Part shown: in pieces, positions 37,080-46,426 of the stretch
How the letters are laid out: the number at the start of each line of letters is the position of its first letter
Position numbering within the stretch: the stretch's first letter is position 1
Virus record (IMG/VR): IMGVR_UViG_3300042465_002123
Coordinates: 1 to 56,208 of that record
Direction: 5' to 3' (one strand)
Length of the DNA stretch: 56,208 bases
Source of the DNA: a virus
Lineage: Duplodnaviria > Caudoviricetes
Position numbers and translations under genes: made by a program
Notes under the pieces: model-generated
The model's database searches: none
Seen by the model: the letters and a program-made list of their open reading frames with translations, nothing else
Told to the model about the DNA's origin: nothing

Positions 37080-37616
37080 ATGAAAATCAAACTGAGCAAT
37101 GTACGCCTCTCCTTCCCCCAACTCTTTGAGGCCAAGACCGTCAACGGTGAGGGCAAGCCTGCCTTTAGCGCGTCGTTCCTGATCAACCCCAAGGACCCGC
37201 AGATCAAGGCGATCAACGACGCCATTGACGCTGTGGCAAAGGACAAGTGGGGCGCCAAGGCCGACGCCAACCTGAAGGTCATGCGCACCGCCGACAAGAC
37301 CTGCCTGCACAGCGGCGACATGAAGGCCAACTACGAAGGCTTTGAGGGCATGCTGTTCGTCAGCGCCCGCAACCCTATGCGTCCGTTGGTGATAGACGCC
37401 GACAAGAGCCCACTGGTGGCCGAGAACGGCAAGCCCTACGCCGGCTGCTATGTCAACGCCAGCATCGAGCTGTGGGCGCAGGACAACAACTACGGCAAGC
37501 GTGTCAACGCTACGCTGATGGGTGTGCAGTTCTACAAGGACGGCGAGAGCTTCACCGGCGGCGGCGTAGCCGATGTCGATGACTTCGACGACCTGACCAT
37601 TGACGATCTGGTCTGA
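37080..37616 (+). CDS. DUF2815 single-stranded DNA-binding protein
   Basis: VRLSFP.LFE, YAGCYVNA...WAQ.N..GKR.NA.L..VQF..DGE.F, acidic tail; GGAG RBS before ATG 37080. Confidence 0.88.
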   Translation: MKIKLSNVRLSFPQLFEAKTVNGEGKPAFSASFLINPKDPQIKAINDAIDAVAKDKWGAKADANLKVMRTADKTCLHSGDMKANYEGFEGMLFVSARNPMRPLVIDADKSPLVAENGKPYAGCYVNASIELWAQDNNYGKRVNATLMGVQFYKDGESFTGGGVADVDDFDDLTIDDLV

Positions 37617-37623
37617 TGAAACA

Positions 37624-37655
37624 GGGGTGTGAGTTGAACTTGCACCCCGCTTTTT
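37624..37655 (+). terminator. Intrinsic terminator after the SSB gene
   Basis: GGGGTGTGAGT-TGA-ACTTGCACCCC stem followed by GC and T5. Confidence 0.65.
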
Positions 37656-37678
37656 ACACACACAAACGAAAGACACAT

Positions 37679-37876
37679 ATGAGCGGCATGAAAGAACACA
37701 TCGCGGCCATGGCCGAAGCAATTGACTTTACCCTCGGCGAAGGCTATGCGCGCAAGAACCCCGAGCTTATCGGGCGAATGATGCAGGCTGAGTGCATGGT
37801 CATGGCAGCTACCATTATTCAGGACGGCTTGTACTCGATAAGCCTCGACGAAGAAGCCTTCAACAACGCGCACTGA
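37679..37876 (+). CDS. Small protein (AID..LGEGYARKNPEL family)
   Basis: Likely start MSG after a CA-rich leader. Confidence 0.6.
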   Translation: MSGMKEHIAAMAEAIDFTLGEGYARKNPELIGRMMQAECMVMAATIIQDGLYSISLDEEAFNNAH

Positions 37877-37877
37877 A

Positions 37878-39968
37878 ATGCGCAAGTTGTACCTCGACTT
37901 GGAGACATACTCCGAGACGCCGATCACCCATGGCACGCATGCCTACGCTGAGTCAGCGGAAATCATGCTGTGCGCGTGGGCGCTCGACGACGGCCCGGTG
38001 GAGGTTGTTGACCTAACGGCGGGCAAGCAGGACTCGCTACTCACCGACTACTTGGACATGCCCGACACTACGGTGGTAATCCACAACAGCCACTTCGACC
38101 GCACGATCATCCGGCATGCGTGGGGCCTCGACATCCCGACTGAGCGGATTCACGACACCATGGTCCAAGCCATGGCGCACAGCCTACCCGGCTCGCTGGG
38201 CACGCTCTGCGACATCCTCGGCCTGCCTACGGACAAGGCGAAGGACAAGGACGGCAAGAAGCTGATTAACCTGTTCTGCAAGCCGCTGGGCAAGAACCGC
38301 AAGCTGCGCCGCGCCGACCGCACGACGCACCCAGCTGAGTGGGAGCGCTTCAAGGACTACGCGGCATCAGACATCGAGGCCATGCGCGAGGTCATGAAGC
38401 GCATGCCCATGGTCAACATGACATCAGCTGAAAGAAATCTGTGGCAACTCGATCAGAAGATCAACGACCGGGGGGTCGCCATCGACATGGATCTGGTGGA
38501 TGCCGCCATCGACGCTGTGAACGAGGCTCAGGTGGGCTTGGCAGCGCAGACCGTGGAGATGACCGGCGGGGCCGTGGCGAGCACCACAAAGGCCGCTGCA
38601 CTGCGCTTGCAGATATTCGAGATGTTTGGCATTGACATGCCCGACCTGAAGATGTCTACCGTCGAGAAGGTCATCGCGGACCCCAGCACCCCACCGGCCA
38701 TGGTGGAGCTGCTGAACGTGCGCTTGCAGGCCAGCTCGACGAGCACCAGCAAGTACAAGGTGCTGCGCAGGGGCACCAGCGTGGACGGCCGGCTGCGGGG
38801 CACCCTACAGTTCGACGGCGCAACCCGCACCGGCCGCTGGGCGGGCAGGCTGTTCCAGCCGCAGAACCTGCCACGGCCGTCGCTCAAGCAGCCGGTGATC
38901 GACGCCGGCATCAACGCCCTGAAGGCGGGCTGCGCGCACCTGACCACCGACAACGTCATGGAGCTGACCAGCTCGGCCATCCGCAGCTGCATCGTTGCCC
39001 CACCGGGCAAGAAGCTGGTGGTGGCCGACTTGGCGAACATCGAGGGCCGGGTGCAGGCGTGGCTGGCGAACGAGGAGTGGAAGCTGCAAGCCTTCCGTGA
39101 CTTCGACACCATCACCGGCGTGGATGCCAAGGGCAAGGCCATCCGGCTCGGCCACGACTTGTACAAGTTGGCGTACAGCAAGTCCTTTGGTATCTCGCCG
39201 AACGATGTCACCGACGACCAGCGGCAGATTGGCAAGGTGCAGGAGCTGGCGTTGGCCTACGAGGGCGGCGTAGGGGCCTTCGCGACCTTCGCAGGCGCGT
39301 ACAGCATCGACCTTGCGGACTTGGCCTTCAAGGTGCTGGCGGACGCCCCAGAGGAGATCATCGCGAAGGCGGACAACTTCCTTGAGTGGGCCAACAAAGA
39401 GAAGCGCCCAAGGTACGGCCTGTCCGACGATGTGTTCGTAGCCTGCGACGTGCTCAAGCGCGTCTGGCGCGAGGCGCACCCCAGCATCTCAGGGTACTGG
39501 GGCCGGCTCAAGAACGCGGTGGTGCAGGCGCTGAACACACGCGGCGAGACCTACGCCACGCTGGGCTTGAAGATCAAGGCCACCAAGGGCTGGCTGCTGA
39601 TCACGCTGCCGTCTGGACGCACGCTGTGCTACCCGGCGCCCAAGATCGTCGACGACGCGATCACGTACATGGGCATCGACCAGTTCACCCGCAAGTGGAC
39701 GCGCCAGCACACCCACGGCGGCAAGCTGTTCGAGAACTTGTGCCAAGCGATTGCCCGCGATGTCATGGCCGCGAACATGCCGGGGGTTGAAGCGGCCGGC
39801 TACGAGATCACGCTGACGGTTCACGACGAGATCATCTCCGAGACACCGGACCGACCGGAGTTCAACGCTGATCACTTGGCGTCGCTGCTGTCGGCGAACC
39901 CGAGCTGGGCACCCGACATGCCGCTGGCTGCGGCTGGATTTGAAACATACCGATACAGAAAAGGATAA
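37878..39968 (+). CDS. DNA polymerase, family A (APSE/BPP-1-like)
   Basis: 696 aa. Exo DLET, HNSHFD, Y...D; RTGRWAG; motif A DLANIEGR; motif B RQIGKVQELALAYEG; motif C VHDE. Confidence 0.95.
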   Translation: MRKLYLDLETYSETPITHGTHAYAESAEIMLCAWALDDGPVEVVDLTAGKQDSLLTDYLDMPDTTVVIHNSHFDRTIIRHAWGLDIPTERIHDTMVQAMAHSLPGSLGTLCDILGLPTDKAKDKDGKKLINLFCKPLGKNRKLRRADRTTHPAEWERFKDYAASDIEAMREVMKRMPMVNMTSAERNLWQLDQKINDRGVAIDMDLVDAAIDAVNEAQVGLAAQTVEMTGGAVASTTKAAALRLQIFEMFGIDMPDLKMSTVEKVIADPSTPPAMVELLNVRLQASSTSTSKYKVLRRGTSVDGRLRGTLQFDGATRTGRWAGRLFQPQNLPRPSLKQPVIDAGINALKAGCAHLTTDNVMELTSSAIRSCIVAPPGKKLVVADLANIEGRVQAWLANEEWKLQAFRDFDTITGVDAKGKAIRLGHDLYKLAYSKSFGISPNDVTDDQRQIGKVQELALAYEGGVGAFATFAGAYSIDLADLAFKVLADAPEEIIAKADNFLEWANKEKRPRYGLSDDVFVACDVLKRVWREAHPSISGYWGRLKNAVVQALNTRGETYATLGLKIKATKGWLLITLPSGRTLCYPAPKIVDDAITYMGIDQFTRKWTRQHTHGGKLFENLCQAIARDVMAANMPGVEAAGYEITLTVHDEIISETPDRPEFNADHLASLLSANPSWAPDMPLAAAGFETYRYRKG

Positions 39969-39970
39969 AA

Positions 39971-40264
39971 ATGCGCGAGTCTGAAATTGAGAATTACCTT
40001 GTCACCAAAGTGCGTGAGAAGGGCGGCGAGGTCCGTAAGGTCAAGTGGCTCGGCCGCAACGGCGCGCCGGACCGTCTGGTCATGCTCAAGGGCATCCACA
40101 ACCACACTGTCTGGGTTGAGCTGAAGGCCGAAGGTCTGGCCGCACTGTTCCCCCACACGCCGCATGAGCGCCAGCAGCACCGCGAGCACGAGCGCATGCG
40201 CGCCATGGGCCAGCGCGTGGTGGTGATCGACAGCTACGCCGGGGTGGACGGGCTGCTGCCATGA
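39971..40264 (+). CDS. VRR-NUC domain nuclease
   Basis: 97 aa. ESEIE..L, G.PDR, WVELK, Q...H..M...G..V.VIDS. Confidence 0.88.
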   Translation: MRESEIENYLVTKVREKGGEVRKVKWLGRNGAPDRLVMLKGIHNHTVWVELKAEGLAALFPHTPHERQQHREHERMRAMGQRVVVIDSYAGVDGLLP

Positions 40265-41643
40265 GGAAAGACTTCACGCCCCGGGCCTATCAGGGCCTGA
40301 TCATTGACCACATTCTGAACACGCCGCGCTGCGCGGTGTGGGCGGGTATGGGCACCGGCAAGACCGTGGCGACCCTGACCGCGTTGGAGATACTCCAGAT
40401 GGTCGAGGACGGCCCCGTGCTGGTGGTGGCGCCCCTGCGGGTTGCCAGCAGCACATGGCCTGACGAGGTGCTCAAGTGGAAGCACTTGCAGGCCACCAAC
40501 ATCTCCGTCATCACCGGCACCGAGAAGGAGCGCGTAGCGGCCGTCAAGCGCCCCGCGCACATCTACACGACCAACTACGAGCAGCTGGTCTGGCTGGTGT
40601 CCTACTGGGGCGACCAGTGGCCCTACGCGACCGTGGTGCTGGACGAGTCCACCAAGGTCAAGTCGTTCCGGCTCAGGCAAGGCGGCAAGCGGGCGCAGGC
40701 GCTGGGCAGCATCGCCCACACCCGCATCAAGCGGATCATCGAGCTAACCGGCACACCGGCCAGCAACGGCCTCAAGGACCTGTGGGGGCAGGCGTGGTTT
40801 ATTGACGCCGGCAACCGGCTGGGCCGCACCTACAGCGCCTTCACCCAGCGGTGGTTTGCCAAAGGCTACGACGGCTTTAGCCTTCAGCCAATGAAGGGTG
40901 CGCAGGCCGAGATACAGAACAAGCTGCGCGATGTGTGCCTGACGATTGATGCCAAGGACTGGTTTGACTTGAGGGAGCCCATCGTCGCCGACATCGAGGT
41001 GACGCTGCCGGTGAAAGCGCGCAAGCACTACAAGGACATGGAAAAGGAGATGTTCACCTCGCTGGACTCGGGCCACGAGGTCGAGGCCTTCAACGCCGCC
41101 GCCAAGACCCAGAAGTGCCTCCAGATCGCCAACGGCGCAATGTACGTGGGCGAGGGCGCCATTGAGTGGAAGGAGCTGCACAAGGCCAAGCTGGAGGCGC
41201 TGGACTCGATCATTGAGGAGGCGTCGGGGATGCCCGTGCTGGTGGCCTACCACTTCAAGAGCGATCTGGCGCGGCTGCTGAAGACCTTCCCGCAGGGCCG
41301 GCAGCTGGACAAGGACCCGCAGACCTTGCGCGATTGGAACGCCGGCAAGATACCCGTCCTGTTCGCCCACCCGGCCAGCGCAGGCCACGGCCTGAACTTG
41401 CAGGACGGTGGCAACATCATCGTGTTCTTTGGCTTGAACTGGAACTTGGAGGAGCACCTCCAGATCATCGAGCGGATCGGGCCTACGCGGCAGATGCAGG
41501 CCGGCTACGACCGCCCGGTGTTCATCTACCGGATCATCGCCCGCGACACGGTGGACGAGCTGGTCCTAGAGCGTTTGGAGACCAAGCGCGAGGTACAGGA
41601 TATTCTGATGGAAGCAATGAAGCGGAGAAAGACCAATGGCTGA
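40261..41643 (+). CDS. SNF2-family helicase
   Basis: 460 aa. MGTGKT, VLDES, LTGTP, HPASAGHGLNLQ, Q.IERI. Confidence 0.92.
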   Translation: MRKDFTPRAYQGLIIDHILNTPRCAVWAGMGTGKTVATLTALEILQMVEDGPVLVVAPLRVASSTWPDEVLKWKHLQATNISVITGTEKERVAAVKRPAHIYTTNYEQLVWLVSYWGDQWPYATVVLDESTKVKSFRLRQGGKRAQALGSIAHTRIKRIIELTGTPASNGLKDLWGQAWFIDAGNRLGRTYSAFTQRWFAKGYDGFSLQPMKGAQAEIQNKLRDVCLTIDAKDWFDLREPIVADIEVTLPVKARKHYKDMEKEMFTSLDSGHEVEAFNAAAKTQKCLQIANGAMYVGEGAIEWKELHKAKLEALDSIIEEASGMPVLVAYHFKSDLARLLKTFPQGRQLDKDPQTLRDWNAGKIPVLFAHPASAGHGLNLQDGGNIIVFFGLNWNLEEHLQIIERIGPTRQMQAGYDRPVFIYRIIARDTVDELVLERLETKREVQDILMEAMKRRKTNG

Positions 41644-41821
41644 TTTTGCTAGCTGGAAGCGGGAAAATTTAGTGAACATTGCCCACGACCTGCACGAAGA
41701 GAACAAGAAGTTGAGGGCGGACAATGAGATGCTCCTTAAAGCGTGGCGAGCGGAAATTACCGAAAAATATCTGGGCGAAGCTCCTGCTTCGTCACCAGAC
41801 CGCCCGTCGCATCCTCAATAG
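41636..41821 (+). CDS. Small coiled-coil hypothetical protein
   Basis: 61 aa; starts within the helicase stop region; GGAG RBS. Confidence 0.55.
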   Translation: MADFASWKRENLVNIAHDLHEENKKLRADNEMLLKAWRAEITEKYLGEAPASSPDRPSHPQ

Positions 41822-41957
41822 CGAGCGCGAGCACCGGCGAGGCCTTGCGCCGCCCAGCGATGAGCAGCGACATCCACGTCGGGGTGATCTTGAGGTGCGA
41901 GGCCATCTCGGCTTTGGCGCCCCGCACATCGGTTTTAAAGTATTCGGTGAGGGTCAT
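41757..41957 (-). CDS. Cro/CI-like HTH regulator, probably leaderless
   Basis: MTLTEYF...KAEMA..L.IT..W.S....GRR..SP.LA.AIE.AT.G.VT..ELRPD; TATAAT lies 7 nt upstream of the ATG. Confidence 0.8.
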   Translation of the reverse strand: MTLTEYFKTDVRGAKAEMASHLKITPTWMSLLIAGRRKASPVLALAIEDATGGLVTKQELRPDIFR

Positions 41958-42004
41958 GCGTTGCATTATACTCAAACCACAAGTTACATCATTAAAAGGA
42001 AGAT

Positions 42005-42244
42005 ATGACAGAGCAAGACATTAAGCAGGTACTGTTCAGCTGCAAGAGCCAAGAGCCTGACGCGGCGGTGGACCCCGAGGGGCTGTACTGCGACAACCTC
42101 GACGTGCTCGAGTTTGCGGCCAAGCTGGAGGAAAAGATCCTGCTGGCAGCGGCGCGCAAAGAGCGCACCGAGTGCGTCAAGTTCGTGCGCTCGCTAAACC
42201 ATCTGGTGGCCGACGCGCTGGTGAAAAAGCGCGGGCTGATGTAA
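42005..42244 (+). CDS. Hypothetical protein
   Basis: 79 aa; AAGGA RBS. Confidence 0.65.
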   Translation: MTEQDIKQVLFSCKSQEPDAAVDPEGLYCDNLDVLEFAAKLEEKILLAAARKERTECVKFVRSLNHLVADALVKKRGLM

Positions 42245-42270
42245 AAAAAAAGCCCCCATTACTGGGGGCT
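42243..42270 (-). terminator. Terminator between convergent transcription units
   Basis: A9 run followed by AGCCCCCA-TTAC-TGGGGGCT. Confidence 0.75.
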
Positions 42271-42388
42271 AAGATCTTTGCAGATCAAGGAGACAACAAA
42301 TGGGGTTTCTAAAATTTATTGTTTACTGTGTACTCGCGTGGCATGCGATGCTGCTTCTTACTGCCCTGTTTCTGGTTCATTAGGAGCA

Positions 42389-43579
42389 TCACCGAAAGCC
42401 GCTGGGACCAGAGCCAAAGGGCGCCATGATTGGCTGATTGAGTTGAGCTGCCTTTTCGGGGTTAGCTTTCAGCCATTCACGTATAGCCAAAATCATCTGT
42501 GGGGTTTGCATAACGCCCCCGACGACAGGGTTACGAGGCATCACCGCTAAGCCAGCGCCGCCTATCATCTTGGCCGTATTCTCCGGCGTCACCCCGGTGT
42601 CGTACATGCTTTTGCCGGCTTGCGTCATTGCCGCGCCACCGGCCACGGGCAGACCTACCGAGGGGTTACGCATAGCGGCTAGCAAACCGGCCCCTTCAAC
42701 AGTCTGGCCCACGTTGCCAACATTGGCGCCTTGCTTTTGAATATCCGCTATGCCTTGGTAGCCGTGTAGCCCTCCGAGAACTCCGGTGCCAACATTAAAT
42801 CCAGTCCGCAAACCCCGCTGAAGCATTGCAGAAGTACCACCGGCGCGCTCAATGTTTTTTGCCATCCTTGTGAGAGTTGATTCACGCGCAGCCTCGGCAA
42901 CACGGGCGGCTTCCGCTTGAGCAGTTTCAGCAAGCAGCCTTTGCGCAGCCGCAGCTTCTGCGCTTGTCGAACGCTCAAGCATGCGCTGAGCCAATTGAGC
43001 GCTCTCACCGGGCGTGGCAGGGCCGTAGAGCTTGTCCAAACGCGAGGTTATCTTGCCCTTGCCCAAGCGCCGTTGATAGGCCGAGCTAGATTCTTGAACT
43101 GTTCCGGGTCCCGCGCCATAGCCCGTTTTTGCGGCCCATTTCTCACCGGGTGTCAGCTCAGGTGCCGCTACAGCAGTGGGCGCTGAAGGGGCGTACGCGC
43201 CCGCAGCGCGACGAGCAACGGCCCTTGGGCTCTCTGGGTTGGCAAGCTCCCTAACAGTATTCAATGAACCGACGGGGGCGCCATGCAATTGTTCTGCAAA
43301 TTGAGCAGCGGCTCCAGTACTTTGGAGGACAGGAGGTTTGCCAAAAAGACCACCGCCTACACCACCAACGAGCATTGCAATTTGTTCAGGGGAGAGACCT
43401 TTTTTCTCAGCTTTTATCCGAGCTTCCGCGTCGTCAAGCGCAGCGTAGGGGTTGGGTGTTACCGTTGTTGCTGGCGCACTTGCTGCTGGCGCACTTGCTG
43501 CTGGCGCGGCATCCGCAACGCCCCCCGACTCGGCCGCTAAGCGCTTGTTAACTTCCGCTTCGATTTCTGCGTCGGTCAT
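42389..43579 (-). CDS. Putative ejection / internal virion protein with hydrophobic C-terminal helices
   Basis: 396 aa, Ala/Gly-rich; last of four Ala/Gln/Gly-rich genes after the tail genes. Confidence 0.55.
   Translation of the reverse strand: MTDAEIEAEVNKRLAAESGGVADAAPAASAPAASAPATTVTPNPYAALDDAEARIKAEKKGLSPEQIAMLVGGVGGGLFGKPPVLQSTGAAAQFAEQLHGAPVGSLNTVRELANPESPRAVARRAAGAYAPSAPTAVAAPELTPGEKWAAKTGYGAGPGTVQESSSAYQRRLGKGKITSRLDKLYGPATPGESAQLAQRMLERSTSAEAAAAQRLLAETAQAEAARVAEAARESTLTRMAKNIERAGGTSAMLQRGLRTGFNVGTGVLGGLHGYQGIADIQKQGANVGNVGQTVEGAGLLAAMRNPSVGLPVAGGAAMTQAGKSMYDTGVTPENTAKMIGGAGLAVMPRNPVVGGVMQTPQMILAIREWLKANPEKAAQLNQPIMAPFGSGPSGFR
43469..43507. repeat. 15-bp tandem repeat encoding an APAAS linker
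   Basis: TGCTGCTGGCGCACT, about 2.6 copies. Confidence 0.8.
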
Positions 43580-45201
43580 GGTTTGGCCTTGTTAGGTTTG
43601 GTCGAGTACGCATCGTTTGCATCCCGGATTTTCTTCTCGTACATCTTCTCTACGATTTTAAACTCTGGGTGCTGCTTGTAGGCGTCGTAGTGGGGTGTCG
43701 CAGAACCTGCGGCTATGGCATCTTTAAGCCCGATTGCGTAGGCTTTGTTCAGATCACGGGCTTGCTCCAAACGCAATTGATTTAGCACGATGGCGTGCCG
43801 GATTGCTTTGGGGCCTTGTTCCATGCTCATTTCTCGCATCACCGCCTGCCCAAACTTCTCTGCGCCCATCGCGTCGGGGTCTTGCCCTTTAGCCCGCAGA
43901 TCGTTGTACACGCTTTGGGCAATGCCATTGGCTAATTTGTCGTAAAAGGCCAGTTGTTCTGGGTTAAGGTTTGCAACCAACCCAGCTCTCACATCCACGT
44001 TCAAGCCCGCGCCGCTACCAAAGAGGTTGATACCAAGACCCTTTTGCATCATAGCGGCAAGGGGTCCCGCCCCGCGCAGCAAGTTGGTTGTCTCTGCCAT
44101 TAAGCGGGGGTTATTGTCAATCTCGTTCAATATAAATTTGTTGTTTTCAGCAGCGGAGGTATACGCCACCGGCTCGGTTATTTTTTCTAAATTTGTTCGT
44201 TGTTTTGCAAGTACTTCTTCCATCGAAAGAGCAGCTTTCTCCGCGCCAAGCAAACTCATTTTTTCTGGGTTGGTCAGTGCCTGAGCGTTTTGTACCGTTA
44301 TCGTCGGCTTGATCTTGAAGTCGCCGTAAGGGGATGGCGCGTCAACCCGGTTAGCCGCAGCCACCGCACCGCCTTTAACGACAGGACCGTTGGCAGTTGA
44401 ACCGCCAAGCAGGTCAACCAGCTTGCCCAAGTCGCCGGGAGGCAATTCGGTTGGGCCAGCACCAGCAACGGGCTCAGCAGCAGCAGGCGCAGCAGCAGGC
44501 GCAGCAGCAGCAGGCGCAGCAGCAGCAGCAGGGGCAACCACCGCTGCGGGAAAAGCTGTACCGGGTCCGCCAGCAGGACGAGTTGGGGTAACCGGTTGTT
44601 TTGGACCGTAGGCTTTTTCCGCATCGGCAACCCGTGCTCTGTAGGTGTTTTCGTCGATGATGCCTGCTTCGCGCTGACGTTTCAAAATATCCATTGTCTG
44701 GGTGTACTGTGTAGAAGCCAGTTGCTGCTGGCTTACCATCAGCGCTTGGTTCTTCTGCTCGCCTTCATATGCAGCCTGAGCGGCTTTTGCCACGGAGGAG
44801 TTCGGGGACAAGCCGACGATATGGCTGTAGGTGGCCTCGTCCATTGGCTTGTTGGATGCTTTCCATGTGGAGAACGCCGTGGCCGCATCTTTCTCCTTGC
44901 CCATGTTGATCCTCGACAGCGCCAACTCGGCGCGCATCTTGGCAATAGGCAGCTGGCTTTCGCGCTCCTTCTCGACGTTCTCACCCAAGGCCTGTGCAGC
45001 GCTGCCCAAAGACGCGGCAAAGCCGCCCAGCTGGGGCTTGAAGAAGCCTGCGGCCACGTTGAAATAGTTCGGGCTAGCGTAGCGCTGCTCAAGGGCCTTG
45101 ATGGAGTCCTCCAAGGCCTTGTCGTAGTCGCTTAGCTTTTCCGGTTGAACGCCGTAAGCGCCAATGGTGCTGGCGGGGGTAAGGGGGCTTTGCGTTGCCA
45201 T
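43576..45201 (-). CDS. Putative ejection / DNA-transfer protein
   Basis: 541 aa, helical. PNYF.VAAGF.KP..GGF..SLG.AA motif; Ala/Pro linker at about 44440-44550. Confidence 0.55.
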   Translation of the reverse strand: MATQSPLTPASTIGAYGVQPEKLSDYDKALEDSIKALEQRYASPNYFNVAAGFFKPQLGGFAASLGSAAQALGENVEKERESQLPIAKMRAELALSRINMGKEKDAATAFSTWKASNKPMDEATYSHIVGLSPNSSVAKAAQAAYEGEQKNQALMVSQQQLASTQYTQTMDILKRQREAGIIDENTYRARVADAEKAYGPKQPVTPTRPAGGPGTAFPAAVVAPAAAAAPAAAAPAAAPAAAEPVAGAGPTELPPGDLGKLVDLLGGSTANGPVVKGGAVAAANRVDAPSPYGDFKIKPTITVQNAQALTNPEKMSLLGAEKAALSMEEVLAKQRTNLEKITEPVAYTSAAENNKFILNEIDNNPRLMAETTNLLRGAGPLAAMMQKGLGINLFGSGAGLNVDVRAGLVANLNPEQLAFYDKLANGIAQSVYNDLRAKGQDPDAMGAEKFGQAVMREMSMEQGPKAIRHAIVLNQLRLEQARDLNKAYAIGLKDAIAAGSATPHYDAYKQHPEFKIVEKMYEKKIRDANDAYSTKPNKAKP

Positions 45202-45211
45202 GATTTATTCC

Positions 45212-46426
45212 TTAAGAGCCGTCGGCTAGATCCCAATTGATATCTGGCATACCGCCGCCGCTGTAGTCGTAATCCCACCAATTGCCGTTAAGATCAGGGT
45301 CGCTATCAGAATTAGGATTTGCGGGATTTGTGCTAGGGTTGTACGGGTACGGAAGGATGGTGCCCGTATTAATATTGCCGCCTGACCCAGACCCAAAACC
45401 TTTAAGAAAGGCTGCAAGGTTGTCAACAGGCGACTTACCGTCTTTTGAGGCAAACGCGCCCAAGCCCAGCGAACCGAGACCGGCGATCATGGACAGCGGC
45501 GAGCCCGTCATGGTTTGAGTCGTGGTCATCGGCAGCTGCGCGCCGGACATAATGCTGGCCTGCTTGCCGAGCACATCCAGCGGCATGAGCTGCCGGTTCT
45601 GCGCAAGGGTTTGCTGCTGCGCACCGACGTTCGCCAAGGCTTCCACATCGGCCAAGCCCTGCTTCTGTTCCTGAGCGGCTAAGCCGGCCTCGGCGGTGCC
45701 CACATCGCGGTACAGCTGGCCCTGTTGGGTAGCCATATTGCCGGCCACTTGACCAGCGGTAACTTGGTTGGCGTTTGCAGTGTTCTGCAAAGTGCCGGCG
45801 GTTTTAGCAGCCTCGAGTTGGTTCAAGCGCTGCTGCGCAGCCTGCTTCATGGCGTCGGCATAGCCGGTCTGCAAGGCCGTGGCCTGCTGGCCCAGCGCGC
45901 CAAGGTTGGCGTTTGAGATGCCCAGTGCAAGGGCATCGGCCCCGCGCTTGGAGCCAAACTGCCCGCCACCCACCGCACCGGCTGTAATGCCGGGTGACAG
46001 GTTCTGCGCAATGTTCTGCTGGTTTGCCATCCGAATCTGGTCCACCACGTTCTGGGTGTACGGATTCATGTAGTTGCCCACCAGATCGGCCGAGCTGGAG
46101 GTGCCGCTTGTCAGGTACGGATCAGCAACGGAAAGGCCGCTGGTGGTTGTACCGGCGGTCAGGTAGGGTTGAGCCGTACCGGAGATGTCCGTGGCCCCTG
46201 CTCGTCCAAATGTTTCGCCCGCTTTGGCAAGACCGGGCTGGTAGTTGCCGACGTTCGCACCTACGTTGGTGAAGGCTGCGGTTTGATTGGCATTGGGGTT
46301 CCACGCACTAGGGTCCACCGCAGCGCCTGCCGCCGTGCCTTTGGTGGCGAGGTTCGTCAGGTAGTCGGTGTAAAACGAAGGTGCTGTCGTCGCCGTTCTT
46401 GCGGACGACTGGGTTAAATCAGCCAT
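45212..46426 (-). CDS. Putative DNA-pilot / ejection protein
   Basis: 404 aa, Gln/Ala-rich. YMNPY.Q.V, A...G.FGS.R, SPLS.IAGLG...LG motifs. Confidence 0.6.
   Translation of the reverse strand: MADLTQSSARTATTAPSFYTDYLTNLATKGTAAGAAVDPSAWNPNANQTAAFTNVGANVGNYQPGLAKAGETFGRAGATDISGTAQPYLTAGTTTSGLSVADPYLTSGTSSSADLVGNYMNPYTQNVVDQIRMANQQNIAQNLSPGITAGAVGGGQFGSKRGADALALGISNANLGALGQQATALQTGYADAMKQAAQQRLNQLEAAKTAGTLQNTANANQVTAGQVAGNMATQQGQLYRDVGTAEAGLAAQEQKQGLADVEALANVGAQQQTLAQNRQLMPLDVLGKQASIMSGAQLPMTTTQTMTGSPLSMIAGLGSLGLGAFASKDGKSPVDNLAAFLKGFGSGSGGNINTGTILPYPYNPSTNPANPNSDSDPDLNGNWWDYDYSGGGMPDINWDLADGS

Noticed and set aside
44470-44535. GCA-rich tandem repeats
   Set aside because: Simply encode an Ala/Pro linker.
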